DNA of 64,000 bases, from the NCBI RefSeq assembly GCF_006345805.1, contig NC_043015.1:26474001-26538000 (forward strand). The letters are read 5' to 3'. Under the pieces are notes generated by a model. That model made no database searches. It saw nothing but the letters and a program-made list of their open reading frames with translations, and was not told where the DNA came from. Source of the stretch: Octopus sinensis (taxonomy: Eukaryota). This document shows, one piece after another, positions 39,887-53,381 of this stretch (position 1 is the stretch's first letter; every line of letters begins with the position of its first letter). A program made the position numbers and the translations under genes.

Positions 39887-41393
39887 TATATATATATAAA
39901 ACTGAGAATGTGTGTCTGTCTGTCTGTCTGTGTGTTTCCCTAAAACTTGAGAACTACACAACCAATTTCATTCAAATTTTACGCATTCCTTACTTAGGGT
40001 CCATGTAGTTTCATGGGCAAAACAAATGTTCAACTTCTTGCCTAGAGCGACCCCATAGCAATATCATATCTTTTCCACTATTTCAGTATTATGTGTTAAA
40101 GGTGAAACAAAAGCATTTCTCTATTTTATCTCAGATACTTTCACTTTAACAATAAAAATAATAACAATTGAATTATATGTAGTAAGTAATAATTAAAATC
40201 AAACTAAAGTATAATATAATCGTAACATAACAAAAGTAAAAATAGCAATTGATATAAAATTGCATCGAAATGACTTGAACTTGAATAAGTGGATTCACAT
40301 GAATGGGAATAAATTAAAAATAAAATTAGCGTGCAGAAATGGAATACATTAGATTATTTGCTAATTAGCTAGCATTAAGTATCTATATGAAGTTTGGCTG
40401 TATGTAATATCTGTTTTCTCGAACAGTGGGTTCTACAGAATACTGCGGTTGGTTTATTTCTTATACATAAAGGACTATAGCTTCAACTGCTTACTGCTTT
40501 CTGGCTCATCGTAAGCTTTGTTGTTATTATTATTACTGATTAACTATTGTTATCACGTTTGTTGGTTCCTCGTAAAGGAAACATTGTTGTGTTGCATTTG
40601 TTAAATAATTGTAAACTGTAACCCTCCCCCTTTGGGAGAAGGAGCTTTGGTTATTGTTTAAAAATTGAATTGTGTCCCTGTTTGGGGAAATTGACAATAT
40701 TTTCACCGTTTACACGGAAGCATTTTTGTTAGAATGCCTTCGATAGAAGAAAGTCAAAAAATGAATTTCGCTGCAGCCGTCGGTGGGCGCGAACTCATTG
40801 AAATTGAAATGGAAGAAATACGGATTGATCACCGACAAAGACGGTGAATCTAGGATAACACCACCAAACGAAATAAAAAATTAAATTAAAGAAAAGACTA
40901 TTGTCTATAAAGTATATCATGTAGAGAAAAAAGATTTGAACACATGGAGGAAAGCACCATCGAAACGTGTCCTGGTGCGACTATGAAAGATATCTAACTA
41001 GAGGTGGTAAATTCGCAACAATAGAAGCAAGGTTCGAGTCAACGGAGCGTGCAAGGGAGTACTCGACTCGAACCTTGCAAAGTGGAAATATTTTATTTTT
41101 ACCTTTATATCTGGGACGTAGGACGCCCCGGATAAAAATTTAAAATGTCCCCCAGAAGTAGGGGTAGGCTGGATTGTAGCCACACTTCTATACAAGAGGG
41201 AGGACAAGATACAATTGATCGAAATTGCAAGAGACGGGCCTAAAGTTCCAGTCTGTTATATATTTTGAGTATTGTTATCACTAGCGATATCAAGATATAA
41301 CTTTGTATTTTGTATTTTTATGTGTACACATACATATACACATATATACATGCACTAGCACTATGACCCGGCAACGACGGGTCATAATGCTAG
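39887..41393 (+). mobile_element. Non-autonomous Helitron, copy B, head-to-tail with copy A
   Basis: Starts TATATATATATAAAACTGAGAATG and ends TATGACCCG-gcaacga-CGGGTCATA-ATGCTAG|T. Confidence 0.82.
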
Positions 41394-41420
41394 TATATAT
41401 AGATATATATATATATATAT

Positions 41421-41724
41421 TTTAGGCTTGGCTCTCCGTCGATTGCGGCGATGAGTTTTCCAGTTGATGCAATCGATGAACAGCCTGCTCGTAAAATTAA
41501 TGTGCAAGTGGTTGAGCACTCCACAGACAAGAATAGACTTAATGTAGTTCTTAGGAAGATTCAGCGGGGTTAGCCTTTTTTAATTACGCACGATTCCCTT
41601 TTGCCAGCTCAGTGAACGGGAGCAACGTGAAATAAAGCGTCTTTCCGAAGGATGCAATGTGTCACCCGGCATCGGCCCCACAACGTTAAAAGACGGATGC
41701 CCTACCACTCAGCCGCGCGTCTTC
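41421..41724 (-). mobile_element. Decayed CORE-like tRNA SINE
   Basis: Contains the reverse complement of the CTTTATTTCACGTTGCTCC...CTCAGCTG segment shared with 50786-51125. Confidence 0.65.
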
Positions 41725-42278
41725 TCCAAGCACCTGTAATTTATTAGTATTGACTTGCGCAGAAATGGTTATTATTATTTATTATCACACTGAAATATAT
41801 CACATGATAGCTTAATTGGCAAATGGTCTTGTGCCAAATATAGAAATCCATTTCTAGTAATCTTTAGAAATGGCTGAATGGAATAGTTAGGCAATACTAT
41901 TGCATTCAGCCATTTCTTATGAATGCTGGATTCGGTTCTCCTGGCATGAAACAATCAAGTAACATCAGACCATAATATAGTTTTCTGCTTACATATATAT
42001 ATATATATATGCTTACGTACATACACATACACACACACACATACACACACACACACACATACATACGCGTATATACACAAACACAAACGCGTTACAATTC
42101 AATTTATATGTTTGTAATTTTAAATTTCCCGATGCATTAACTTTCTATGGAACTTTCTCTGCTTTCGGATTGAATTTTGTGTGTTCCCTTTTGAAAACTA
42201 ACTAGAATAACTGGAATCTACTCTGCGCCTTTTCTGGATCGGCAGCTTTACATTGTATTGTTCTTTGTTTCTTCTCGA

Positions 42279-42564
42279 GCCATGCCTAGCTCCTAAGGGC
42301 CGGTTTCCCGGTTTCCTTGGCGTATAGATTCCCCACCTATATGGGATGCTGGTCCCTCGCAGGTGAGCTGCAACATGTAGGAGGAAAGAGTGAGCGAAAG
42401 TTGTGGCGAAAGAGTCAGCAGGAGTTCGCCATTACCTTCTGCTGGAGCCGCGTGGAGCTTAGGTGTTTCGCTCATAAACACACACGTCGCCCTGCCTGAT
42501 AATCGAACCCACGATCCCGCTAGCGCGATTCCGCTGCTCTGACGACTAGGCCATGTGCCTCCAC
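42279..42564 (-). mobile_element. tRNA-derived SINE
   Basis: Head GTGGAGGCACATGGCCTAG...GGGTTCGATT; body shared with 48704-48996. Confidence 0.78.
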
Positions 42565-42988
42565 GTAGCTTTACATCGCCGTGAATCAAAACTCATCTTA
42601 CTCTGCCTGACTTAAGAATATAAACCGTTCATCTAACTTCTTTTTTGTCAAAAGAAAATTTTCTTCTGTCGAAAGAGATAGCGGTCACAAATATACATAG
42701 CTTCTCGCCTATACAAGCGGAGCAAATATATGGCAGCAGCGGACATTAAACAATAATAGGCAGCTACCCAGGATTTACTGTAAGCGCGAAATATTTATAT
42801 TCCGACATTTTCATTTTGACCTCGGAAAACAACAAAGGCGGCAGGCTATTGGTATTTGTGAATTGCTTTGCACCTTTTTCTGCTTTCTTTTGTCAATTTC
42901 TTCCAAAATTCTGCACAAATATTTTAGGACTTTCTTTGAGCAAAATATAATTCGGGGAACAACATTCAAATCATGCGTTGAACCTCTC

Positions 42989-43783
42989 TCATACAAAGTT
43001 CCAAAATAACCTTCGATATGCTTTATTTCTGACCGATTGATGGTACAGTTTTAATTCCATGGTCAAATGGAGATTTTCATCAGCCCAGTATACGCAATGA
43101 CGCCTGTTTACATGACCGGATAATTTGAAGCAAGCCTTATCTGACCAGATGATCTTATCCAGATAGTTTTGTTGCTCATTGGCAATTTGGTCATTCATCA
43201 TTTCGAAGAATTGCAACCGGTGATCTGGGTCATCCTCCAAAAGACCATGTACCAGTCATGGATGGTAAGGCTTTAATTCCAGCTAATGTATTAGGCGTTG
43301 CAATGATGTTCTTGGTATGGATAGTTCTAGAGAAGCATGCTGTGTGGACTTCTTTGAATTGTTGACAAATGCCATAGCCAGTAACATCTCATTTTTTTTT
43401 CAGTCGTGGATGTCTTAGGACGTCCAGATTTTCGTGCATTACTCACTAAACCTGTGGTATCAATTTTATTATGTATCCAATAACGTGTCTGGCGTGAAAG
43501 TGGATGAGTATGAAAAGCTTCTTGCCACGCTGTGCGCACCTGCGAGGCATTTTCAAACTTCAAATACTGCTTTAGTATTTACTTTCTTTGCTCTTAATTT
43601 AGATTGTCTGCCATGGCTGACAGGTTAGCGTACCTGCAAAGAAAAAAAAACAATTACAAACTGAAAAGGGAGCTTGACAAAGCTAACTAAATAGCATGGA
43701 ATAAATAAGATCTAAACAGTTAATATATGAATGCGATAGAACTAAATGAATAACTGTAAACCTACTTTTGGGCCACCCAGTTT
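42989..43783 (-). mobile_element. IS630/Tc1/mariner fragment, Visitor/rosa (DD41D)-like
   Basis: HTH followed by KSGRPKTS, and IIWSDKACFKLSGHVNRRHCVYWADEN; one TIR-like end CTGGGTGGCCCAAAAGTAGG at about 43760-43780; C-terminus missing so the family call is tentative. Confidence 0.7.
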
Positions 43784-44208
43784 ATATATGTGTGTGTGTA
43801 TTATGTATGTATATGTATATGTATATATATATAAAAAAATACAAAATGGGGCAAGAATGCAAAACATCCATACAGTTAGGTGGTACAAGAAAGGGACAGC
43901 AAAGCATTCAGACAGACGATACAAAGAAAGCAAAGACGGATCATTCGGAGTTTTCTTTCCTCAGTTCGAGATTATCTTTGCAATTTCGGCTGGTTACACT
44001 CGAGATTGCTCCAATTTGGCCAGCCACAAGGAAAAACTAAGCTAAACGCACTAGATTCATTGGAAGAAAGCAGCGAATGTATGCGAAAACAAGGACGAAA
44101 AAAACGGAGAAAGTTACACAAATTCAAATAACAGGACATAACAACAGGTGTCTTTCGACTAAGGACGAATTAAATTAAACTGGCGTATGTGGAAGTAAAG
44201 CCTTATAT

Positions 44209-44265
<57 letters not shown>

Positions 44266-44419
44266 CTGTGTCTGTGTGCACGCGCGCGTATCTATGTGTG
44301 TGTGCATGTGTGTGTATGTACTGGTAAAATCCCATGGTCATTCATGACCGAGGGACTCTTTACCATTTATACACACATACACACGCACACACACATATAT
44401 ATGCATGTATGTATGTATG

Positions 44420-44583
44420 TACGAAGGTTCTCTTTCAGTTCCGTCTACCAAATTCCCTCAGGAAGCTGTGGACGACCCGAGGCTATAGTTGAAGACAGCT
44501 ACCAAGATAGTATGCGCAACGGAACTGAACCCGGAACTGCGTGGTTGGGAACCAGATTTCTTACCACACAGCCACGCCTGCAC
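44420..44583 (-). mobile_element. SINE 5' half (family of 6219-6675)
   Basis: Minus strand GCAGGCGTGGCTGTGTGGTAAG...GGGTTCAGTTCC. Confidence 0.78.
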
Positions 44584-45014
44584 CTATGTAGTAAATTTCT
44601 TTACAATGTTTCATTGATGCAACGATGAATCGTAGAGATTAAAACTCTTCTATGACCTATTGACAAGATTTCTGCTTACTTTTTAACTTCTTTCATATAT
44701 TAACCGCTGTCAACAGAGACCACTTAATAGTTCTGCTTGCCATGTGTATTTTTATATATATTTTTTCCATTTGCGTGTGTCTTTTCTATTTTACAACTTC
44801 TACGTATTTCTGTCTCTAATATTTCATAATCTGACCTGTGAGGTCGGATTATTATTCGATAATAATAACTTAAAACATTTTGGCGTTTAAAACTGCATTT
44901 ATGTGAGTTTCGAAATCGGAGTATTTGCCTCTCAGCTACAATATTGAAACGTACATGAGGAACAAATGATATAAACGTATGTTTATCGTGACTTCTCATA
45001 TACTTTTGCGTATT

Positions 45015-45098
<84 letters not shown>

Positions 45099-45682
45099 AT
45101 ATATATGTATATATGTATGTATATATGTATGTATGTATGTATGTATGCATGTATGTATGTATGTATGTATGTATGTAGGTATGTATGCAAGCATGTATGC
45201 ACACATACACACACACACAAACATGTATGCATGTGTAGATGTGTATGCGTGTGTGTGTGTGTGTGCGTATGTTTGAATACCTCTATTAATGTGAGGCTAT
45301 ATTCAGTGAAGATGATTCACCGATTAGTCTTCGGTGCGATATTGTTATATAACTCCAATGCTTTACTAATAGAAAAAGAGAATAAATGTAGGGAATATTA
45401 TGAGAGACCACGCTGCACCGATTTGGTCGGCATTACTGTATTCTCGGGAGACTTAAAGAATCATAACTTTCTTCTATTTCATAATACTGGGTAAAAATCA
45501 ATGGAAACAATTCGCATTCCTAACGCTGCCTGCCTCCCCCCCCCTTACACACACACGCACGCACGCGCGTACGCACACATATACACACACAAACACATAC
45601 ATACACATAGAATCACGCACAAACATGCATATATATATAAAGAGAGATAGATAATACATAGGTACGTACATAAATATACATA

Positions 45683-45734
<52 letters not shown>

Positions 45735-46959
45735 GACACACACACACACACACATATAGTGAAAATATTCTATGTCTTTGCTTTTAGCTCTCACACAAAC
45801 ATTCATATATTGAATATCTTTCTTACTTTCTTTCTCCTTCTCTCTCACTCTCTCTCTCTCTCTCTTGTATTTTGTCTCCATTTTATTTCCATATCTATAT
45901 CTACTGCTCTATCTCTTACATTCACTTAACCATTCTTCCATTAAATCTCCACTAAGAAGGTGAAGCCAACGTCAAAACAAGATGTCTGCTGTTTGCGTCC
46001 GGCAAACAGCGGCCCAGCTTCCGATGTCCGACTGTGTCTAATGATATTACCAATTCCTTTTAACACGGATGCTATTACATAATAACAAATTTATCCCAAG
46101 AAACATGGACGTTAGCTGGCCACGTTTCAAAGTATTATTTTCAAAGAGAAGCTAAGAATCTCTATTAATAATCGTAGCAATTCTTGCCAATTTTGCTCCC
46201 ATTTACGTACATTCCTCTAACAGTTGCTTAAATTATCATGTTTATTCCTGACTCGAAATACATATAAAGAAAAATTGGAATAAAAAGAAAAATAAGCAGA
46301 GATATGTACAGATATACTACATACTCATATATATAATATTCAAAAAGCAGTAATACTGATTTTTCTTAGAAAGGCCAGGAAGTGCATTAGCTTTGAAGAT
46401 TTCCGAATGTTAAACTCTATTCTGAATATATGAATAATTAAACGGTGACTGCTATTTGACATCTCAGAATCGACGACCATTAGGTCAGTTTAGTCACAGA
46501 CAGAAAGCATAGTGGAAGAAGGATCTCTGATCTAAGAATTGGGTTGGTGCTTATATCTTGATTCTTTCTTTTCTCTCCCGACGCTACTAGATCTGATTGA
46601 TCAGATGTACAATCAAAGACGTTTCAGCCGTGACTGCTCCGCCGATTTGTTTATCTAGTACTATGTGGTCGAATATGTTTGCTCATCGTTGAGACGGTAA
46701 GAAGCCTGGTTGTTATGTCTAGTTCTCTGTGCGACCATGTAGAGGCCTTCCTATTGTCTCGTGTAGAGCAGATTAATGAAGATGCTTTGATGTTTATCGC
46801 CAGATAAGCTCTGATTAATAGGTTTTTGACAACACTATTCATTGCCTATTTTTCTAAAGTAGTGAGGTGTGTATTGAGAGGGGGTTGATTCCTATTTCTT
46901 ATAAGTCGAATGATCAAGTAGGGACTGCCATGATTTTTAGCATAGCGTAGCTATATGAA

Positions 46960-47370
46960 GCATCCAAACGAAACATGTGTACAACAGGAGCATAAACAAA
47001 ACAAGTGTACAACAAGAGTAGAAACGAAACAAATGAGCAGCAAGTGTGTACTAAGAAAACTAAGGATGTGTAGTAAGGATGTGTACTAAGGATGTGTACT
47101 AAGAAAACAAATGAAGAGGAAGTGTACAACAGGTGTACAAATGCAACAAATACATTGAATGTACAAGAAGTGTACAACAAGAGTAGAAACGAAACAAATG
47201 AGCAGCAAGTGTACATACAAAACAAGTGAACAGGAAGTTGTACAAGCAAAAGAAGTGAACAGGAAGTGTACAAACAAAACAAGTGAACAGGATGTGTACT
47301 AAGAAAACAAATGAAGAGGAAGTGTACAACAGGTGTACAAATGCAACAAATACATTGAATGTACAAGAAT
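46960..47370. repeat. Modular minisatellite built on a GTGTAC core
   Basis: ~45-bp module at about 47003 and 47168; ~79-bp module at about 47090 and 47290; short AAGTGAACAGGA units. Confidence 0.85.
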
Positions 47371-47702
47371 ATCAGACGAACATGTAATCAAACTGGAATT
47401 TGGGAAACGAAATCGGATTTAGTCATGTTGTTCTTCAATGTTGGCATATTTCTTATACATGAAGCAAATATGCGATGGAGTAAAATTGATGACAGTTTCC
47501 AATGGAAATAATAAAAGTTGTTAGTTGAAATATTAATCTTATACTTTTAGATGTAAAAAGACGTTTTCAAGAGATACATAAATCATTGAATAGACAGCAG
47601 TGTAAGGCTGTTCTTTACAACATGGAATAGATTTCGCTTTCCTCCTCCCACGCGCACACATGTGTGTGTATGTGTGTCTGTGTGTGTATGTACATATATA
47701 TA

Positions 47703-48593
47703 CAGGGTACGATGGGTAAATTATCGCCATTTTATATTTTTAATTTCGCGCATGGTTTATTTTTGATTTGGTCCACTTAACAGTAGAGTAGGGTCAGTTG
47801 GGTACCGTCTGCGTGAAAAATAGCACCATGACGCAATTCACTCTGCCAGAAATTTGGAAAAGACATACTGTACTACAAGGCATTCGAGCCTGAAGCTGCA
47901 ATACAAAGATTTCCGAGTGTTTGGGTGTCAATCTGATACTGTGCAATCTGAGGACATGTACCGAGAGCGATAAAAATCAAACATCCAGTCAACACCATGG
48001 TGTTTGGAGTGATCACTAGTAATGGCGAGGTTATACCTCCCTTCATCTTCCCTCACAGCCTCAGACTCAACACTGAGGCCTACATCAAGTGCATGGAGGA
48101 GATAGTGAGGGCTTGGGTCAAGAGGGTGATTGCTGGATGAACCTAAGTCTGGCAACAGAACTTTGCACCATGCCACACAAGCAGGAGAACCCAGTCATGA
48201 CTGTCAGACAATTTCTGTGACCACATTACCCCTATCATCTGGTTACCTAACTCCCAGATTGCAACACCCTTGATTATTATGTGTGTGGGTGGGGTCGAAG
48301 ATGAGCCAGAGACCAATAAAACTCCTTGTTACACCAAAGCTGAACTGAAGGCAAGGATTTTGGCAGCATTCACCAACTTGAAAAAGGAGACTGTCCAGAA
48401 GAGTTGCAGGAGATTCCAATGCCGTCTGGTGGCCGTGCTTGAAGTCAAGGGAGATTTTATTGAATAAAATTAGTCTTTCGTATTTCAAGATATTTTTATG
48501 TAATTTTGGTAAATATATCTTTAAAATGAGGTGTCTGTCTGTGTTACTTTCGCTTTTGCGTAATTTAGACGACAATTCATTCACCACACCCAG
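47703..48593 (+). mobile_element. maT (DD37D) transposon, deleted and decayed
   Basis: VFGVITSNGEVIPPFIFP, WQQNFAPCHTS (D to N) with 37 residues to PLDYY after frameshift repair, RRFQCRLVAVLEVKGDFIE; imperfect ~26-bp TIRs with TA flanks. Confidence 0.85.
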
Positions 48594-48662
48594 TATATAT
48601 ATAAAATACTATAAGCTGCCCAAACACATTCCATCTACCAAACCCACCAACGTACAGACGTG

Positions 48663-48696
<34 letters not shown>

Positions 48697-48703
48697 TATA
48701 TAT

Positions 48704-48994
48704 CACCGTGATCACCGTGACCGACCAGACTATCAGATGTTGCTACACATCGCTGGTTACAATGCGCTTCGCATTGTTTTAGCCTCGCTGGCTAAGCGAG
48801 CAGGCCAAGAGAAGAAAGAGTAAAAGAAAGTTGTGGCGAAAGAGTACAACAGGGCTTGCCACCATCCCCTGCCGGAGTCTCGTGGAGCTTTTGGTGTTTT
48901 CACTCAATAAACACTCACAATGCCAGGTCTGGGAATCGAAAACGCGATTCTACAACCGCGAGTCCGCTGCCGTAACCACTGGGCCATTGCGCCT

Positions 48995-48996
<2 letters not shown>
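48704..48996 (-). mobile_element. tRNA-derived SINE
   Basis: Head GGAGGCGCAATGGCCCAGTGGTTA...TTCGATTCCC. Confidence 0.82.
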
Positions 48997-49052
<56 letters not shown>

Positions 49053-49171
49053 TATATATATATATATTATATATATATATAAATTGTACTAAAAACCTAT
49101 TGTACTAAAACCGATCCATTCTTGTTGCTTCTTTCTCGCGTATATATATATATATATTAATATATAATATA

Positions 49172-49245
<74 letters not shown>

Positions 49246-49352
49246 GATATATATATAATATATATTATATATAATATATATATATAATATATATATTATA
49301 TATATATAATATATATATATACGCGAGAAAGAAGCAACAAGAATGGATAGGT

Positions 49353-49442
49353 TTTTAGTACAATCGTTTCATACAAGGACAGGCTTTATTAAAGTTGCAA
49401 AAATTACAGCATATAAACGTGTCCCGTACTCATCAGCTAAAA
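49353..49442 (-). ncRNA. Type I hammerhead with extended stem II
   Basis: TTTTAG-CTGATGA-GTACGGGAC...GTCCTTGTAT-GAAA-CGATTG-TA/CTAAAA. Confidence 0.75.
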
Positions 49443-50401
49443 TACATGTGCGTTCTCTAGACATCCTAGTGGTTGAGGCTATACTCATGAAGTAATGAAG
49501 ATAATTAAGTAACATAAACATAAACAGATATCCAAAGTTCATTAAAGTTCTTTAAAGATGATGTAGTCTTATCACAGAATTTTAAAAAAGTTTTAATAGC
49601 AACCCAGAGAAGGTGACCTAATCCATAGTGCACATATGAATTTCCAGAGATATGATGAGGGATTACATACTCACAGAAAACAAATTTATCCATTGTTAAT
49701 CACAACGAGGTGGCTCTCAATTCCTTCTTATTAGCATTACAGAGAGGGTGAATTAATCCTTTGTATAGATGCACAATTTCCATTGGTGTAGATGTAAATT
49801 TCCAGAGAAATGAAGAGGAATTTCATATTCACAGGCGATAAATTTATCAATGGTTGAACACAATGAGGTAGGTATCAATTCTTGTTATATGATTAGGTAT
49901 TTGCCACATTAATCATATTACTGCTATTTACGAGAGGCTGTAGCTATTTAACTTTTAAAGGCTGAAGGCTTTCTAGAGAGGCAAAGATAGAAAATGGAAG
50001 GGAATAGAAGAAAGAGGGAGAAAAATAAAGGAGGGGGGACCAAAAAAGGGGGGAAGGGGACTAAAAGAGAAGAGAAAAAGAAAAAGAGAATAAGAAGAAG
50101 AAAAAAGAAAAAAGAGAAAAGAGAAAGAAATAGGGAAAGAAAGAAAGAAAAGAAAAAAGAAAGGAAAAGGAAAAGAAAAAAAGAGGGTTTAGTTATACAG
50201 AAGAATCAGTAGCCGGCAAGTCTGGTTTTAATTTACAGGCATCTAGGAACTAGAGGAGAATATTATTCTTTGACCAGTAAAACAGCTAATTTATTGCTGT
50301 TGAAATCAGCTATGAATTTAAAGAGAATCTAAAGAGATAACACAGTCAGGGGTTTAGGGGTCAGATGCTAAAATCAAAAGAAAATACATTAGGAAAATGT
50401 A

Positions 50402-50490
50402 TTTAGCTGATGAGTACGGGACACGTTTATATGCTGTAATTTTTGCAACTTTTAATAAAGCCTGTCCTTGTATGAAACGATTGTACTAAA
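50402..50490 (+). ncRNA. Type I hammerhead with extended stem II
   Basis: TTTAG-CTGATGA(50407-13)...GAAA(50474-77)-CGATTG-TA/CTAAA; predicted cleavage after 50485. Confidence 0.75.
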
Positions 50491-50694
50491 AACCTATCCA
50501 TTCTTGTTGCTTCTTTCTCGCTTATAATCACCCCACATTACTGTATTGTTAAAACAGTATAGTTTTTTTTTTGGTTGGTGCATCTAAGTTAGGTACCATA
50601 TTCAAGTAAATCATTTAAATTAACTTGAATCTTTATTGCTTTTTTTGTATATTATATATATATATATATATTATATATATATATATATATATAT

Positions 50695-50748
<54 letters not shown>

Positions 50749-50785
50749 GTATATATTATATATATATAGATATATATATATATAA

Positions 50786-51125
50786 GTGAAGGCGCATGGC
50801 TCAGTGGTGTAGAGCGTCGAGCTTACGATCGTGAGGTTGTGAGATCGAATCCGGACGGGGCTGCGTGTTGTGTTCTTGAGCAAGGCACTTTATTTCACGT
50901 TGCTCCAGTTCACTCAGCTGTAGAAATGAGTTGCGACGCACAGGTGCCAAGCTGTATCGGCCCTTGCCTTCCCTTGGGCACAATCGGTGACGTGGAGAGG
51001 GGAGGCCGGTATGCATGGGCGACTGCTGGTCTTCATAAAACAACCTTGCCCAGACTTGTGCCTCAGAGGGTATCTCTCTAGGTGCAAACCCATGGTCAGT
51101 GCCTGACCGAAGGGGGTCTTTACTT
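50786..51125 (+). mobile_element. CORE-like tRNA SINE
   Basis: GGCGCATGGCTCAGTGGT A-box, GAGATCGAATCC B-box, GTGTTCTTGAGCAAGGCACTT...CAGCTGTAGAAATGAG core. Confidence 0.82.
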
Positions 51126-51147
51126 ATTATATATAATCTATATATAT

Positions 51148-51187
<40 letters not shown>

Positions 51188-51389
51188 TAGATATATATAT
51201 ATATGTATGTACGTGTATATGTGTGAATCTGACTGAAATGGGGTGTAACACAGAATCCGTTTCTGAGAATTCGCCAGGAGCAGAGCATCACCCGATAAAG
51301 TGATACTTATCTTCAGAATTTCACCACTTTTATGACGGGCTTTTCTGCTTCTGAGTGTCCTAGGTTGGACAAAAGGAAAATCATTGCTT

Positions 51390-51435
<46 letters not shown>

Positions 51436-52352
51436 ATTGAAGACATATTGCGAACCGAGTGATACTAAATTCAAAAGGCCGATATTTGTTCGTTTGATAG
51501 AGAGCCGTTATCTTCACACACACGCATGCACACTCGTATGCACATGCACACACACATAAACACACAAACACACAAACACACATACGTACGCACCCATACT
51601 GAGAAAGTGAGGGAGAGAAAGAGAAAGAGAGAGAATCATAGATCCGACATTAATTACTTCATGCACTGCTAATAAAAAGCAAACATATTCTGACGCATAA
51701 GTCTAACAAATTCTAGAAGCGTTTCAAAGAAAAATTAGAGACATTTTGGTCAGAGACACCAGATGAATCCGCATCAGGACAAGAAACACAAATGAGGACA
51801 GATTCAGCCAACTTACACCTTCAAAAGAACCGAACCTGGGTGAAAAAGTCTGGGTGGGTGAAATGAAATAAATTTGTAATGACACTAAGTTGGTGCTGCA
51901 GTATGGCCACCAATTCTTTGCAAAAGAAGCTTAAGTGTAAGTAAAATGATTCCATCTATAACAAATGCCCTCCATCATTACTTCGATAAATCTCTGATAT
52001 AGAAGTATGGACCGAACTAGAGGAAATTTAAATGAATTTACTAATTTCGAAAATAAACTCCTACAGCCAAGAAAAGAGTACGTTGTTAATTCCCCCGCTG
52101 ACACGCTGACACTTTGACACATTAACACTCAGAATTGACATTAATTTAGGATACTGTGGACAGCTATTAAATCTAGAAGGTGATTAATACAGCGTTTGTT
52201 TAGGATTTGTCTAACTTTGTGTTTATACTTGTCAAACATTGTGACATCAGCCTCCAAAGCTCTTCTAACTTTACAATCATCTCAGATCCCCGCAACCTAT
52301 AAATATATATATATAATATATATATATGCAAATACATATACATACATACATA

Positions 52353-52411
<59 letters not shown>

Positions 52412-52823
52412 GCGTATATATATACTTACATATATATATATATATGTGTGTGTGTGGTCGGTATGTGTGTATGCTGTTAATATATATGTATATGCGTGGG
52501 TTCGTGTGTGAGCGTAGATATATGTGTATAAGGTGTACATGTGAATCTGTGTGCTGCGGCTTCATACAGGCTTTTGTATATATATATGTGTGTGTCTGTG
52601 TGTAAGTATGTATGTATATGTATATGTAATCAACAGATAAGATCCAGATTTTCTCGGTATAGGAAACACTTAGTAGGGCTCAAATGATTCGAATTTAGAC
52701 ACGAATGTCTTTACGAGGGGCCAATACCTCTGGGTAGAGAGTAGCTATAAGAGGAATCCAGGTGAGCAGATATGGGGACAATTTTCGGCAACAGCTTGGG
52801 ATTGATATGCACATATACATGTG

Positions 52824-52857
<34 letters not shown>

Positions 52858-52891
52858 TGTATGTATGTATGTATGTATGTATGTATGTATT

Positions 52892-52922
<31 letters not shown>

Positions 52923-52970
52923 GCATGTATGTATGTATGTATGTATGTATGTATGTATGTATGCAAGTGG

Positions 52971-53381
52971 AAAGCAAGTGTTGCTTTCGGAAGGCTAGAA
53001 AAGCGCCTCTGGAGTCGGCGAGACATATGCAGAAAGATAAAGGTGTACAAGGCATGTGTGCTCCCTTCTCTCTATGCCTGCGAAACGTGGGTCACATATC
53101 AATGCCACCTTAAACAACTGGAACATTTCCACCAGATGTGCCTCAGACGGATATATGGCATTAAGTGGAAGGACCGCATCAGTGATCTTGAAATGTTGCA
53201 AGGCTCTCAGTGTGAAAGTATAGAAGCTCTAGTGTTAAAGCAAAGGCTCAAATGGAGTGGTCATCTGGTCAGGAGGAAGGATTCAAGGATGCCAAAACAA
53301 CTATTTTATGGCGAGTTAGCTAAAGGAGAACGACCTCCACATAAACCAAAAAAGAGGTATAAGGACTTGCTGAAGGCATAA
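52971..53381 (+). pseudogene. RTE-clade LINE RT C-terminal fragment
   Basis: KASVAFGRL...KVYKACVLPSLYACETW...FHQMCLRRI...RLKWSGHLVR...PKQLFYGEL...KRYKDLLK. Confidence 0.9.

Larger units (their letters stand above)
49323..50521. mobile_element. HHR-terminated element: ~125-bp inverted arms around ~950 bp of non-coding sequence
   Basis: 49323-49447 versus about 50398-50521; a further tail fragment at 49083-49140. Confidence 0.8.

Noticed and set aside
43931-43970. CTGAGGA...CTCC-GAAT...TC motif on the minus strand
   Set aside because: Probably a decayed HHR, but too many core and stem changes to list as a feature
46960-47370. CRISPR-like appearance of the modular repeat
   Set aside because: There are no unique spacers, no constant repeat length and no cas genes, and the context is eukaryotic
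51250-51325. CTGAAGA...GAAA motif on the minus strand
   Set aside because: There is no valid NUH site and stem I is out of register
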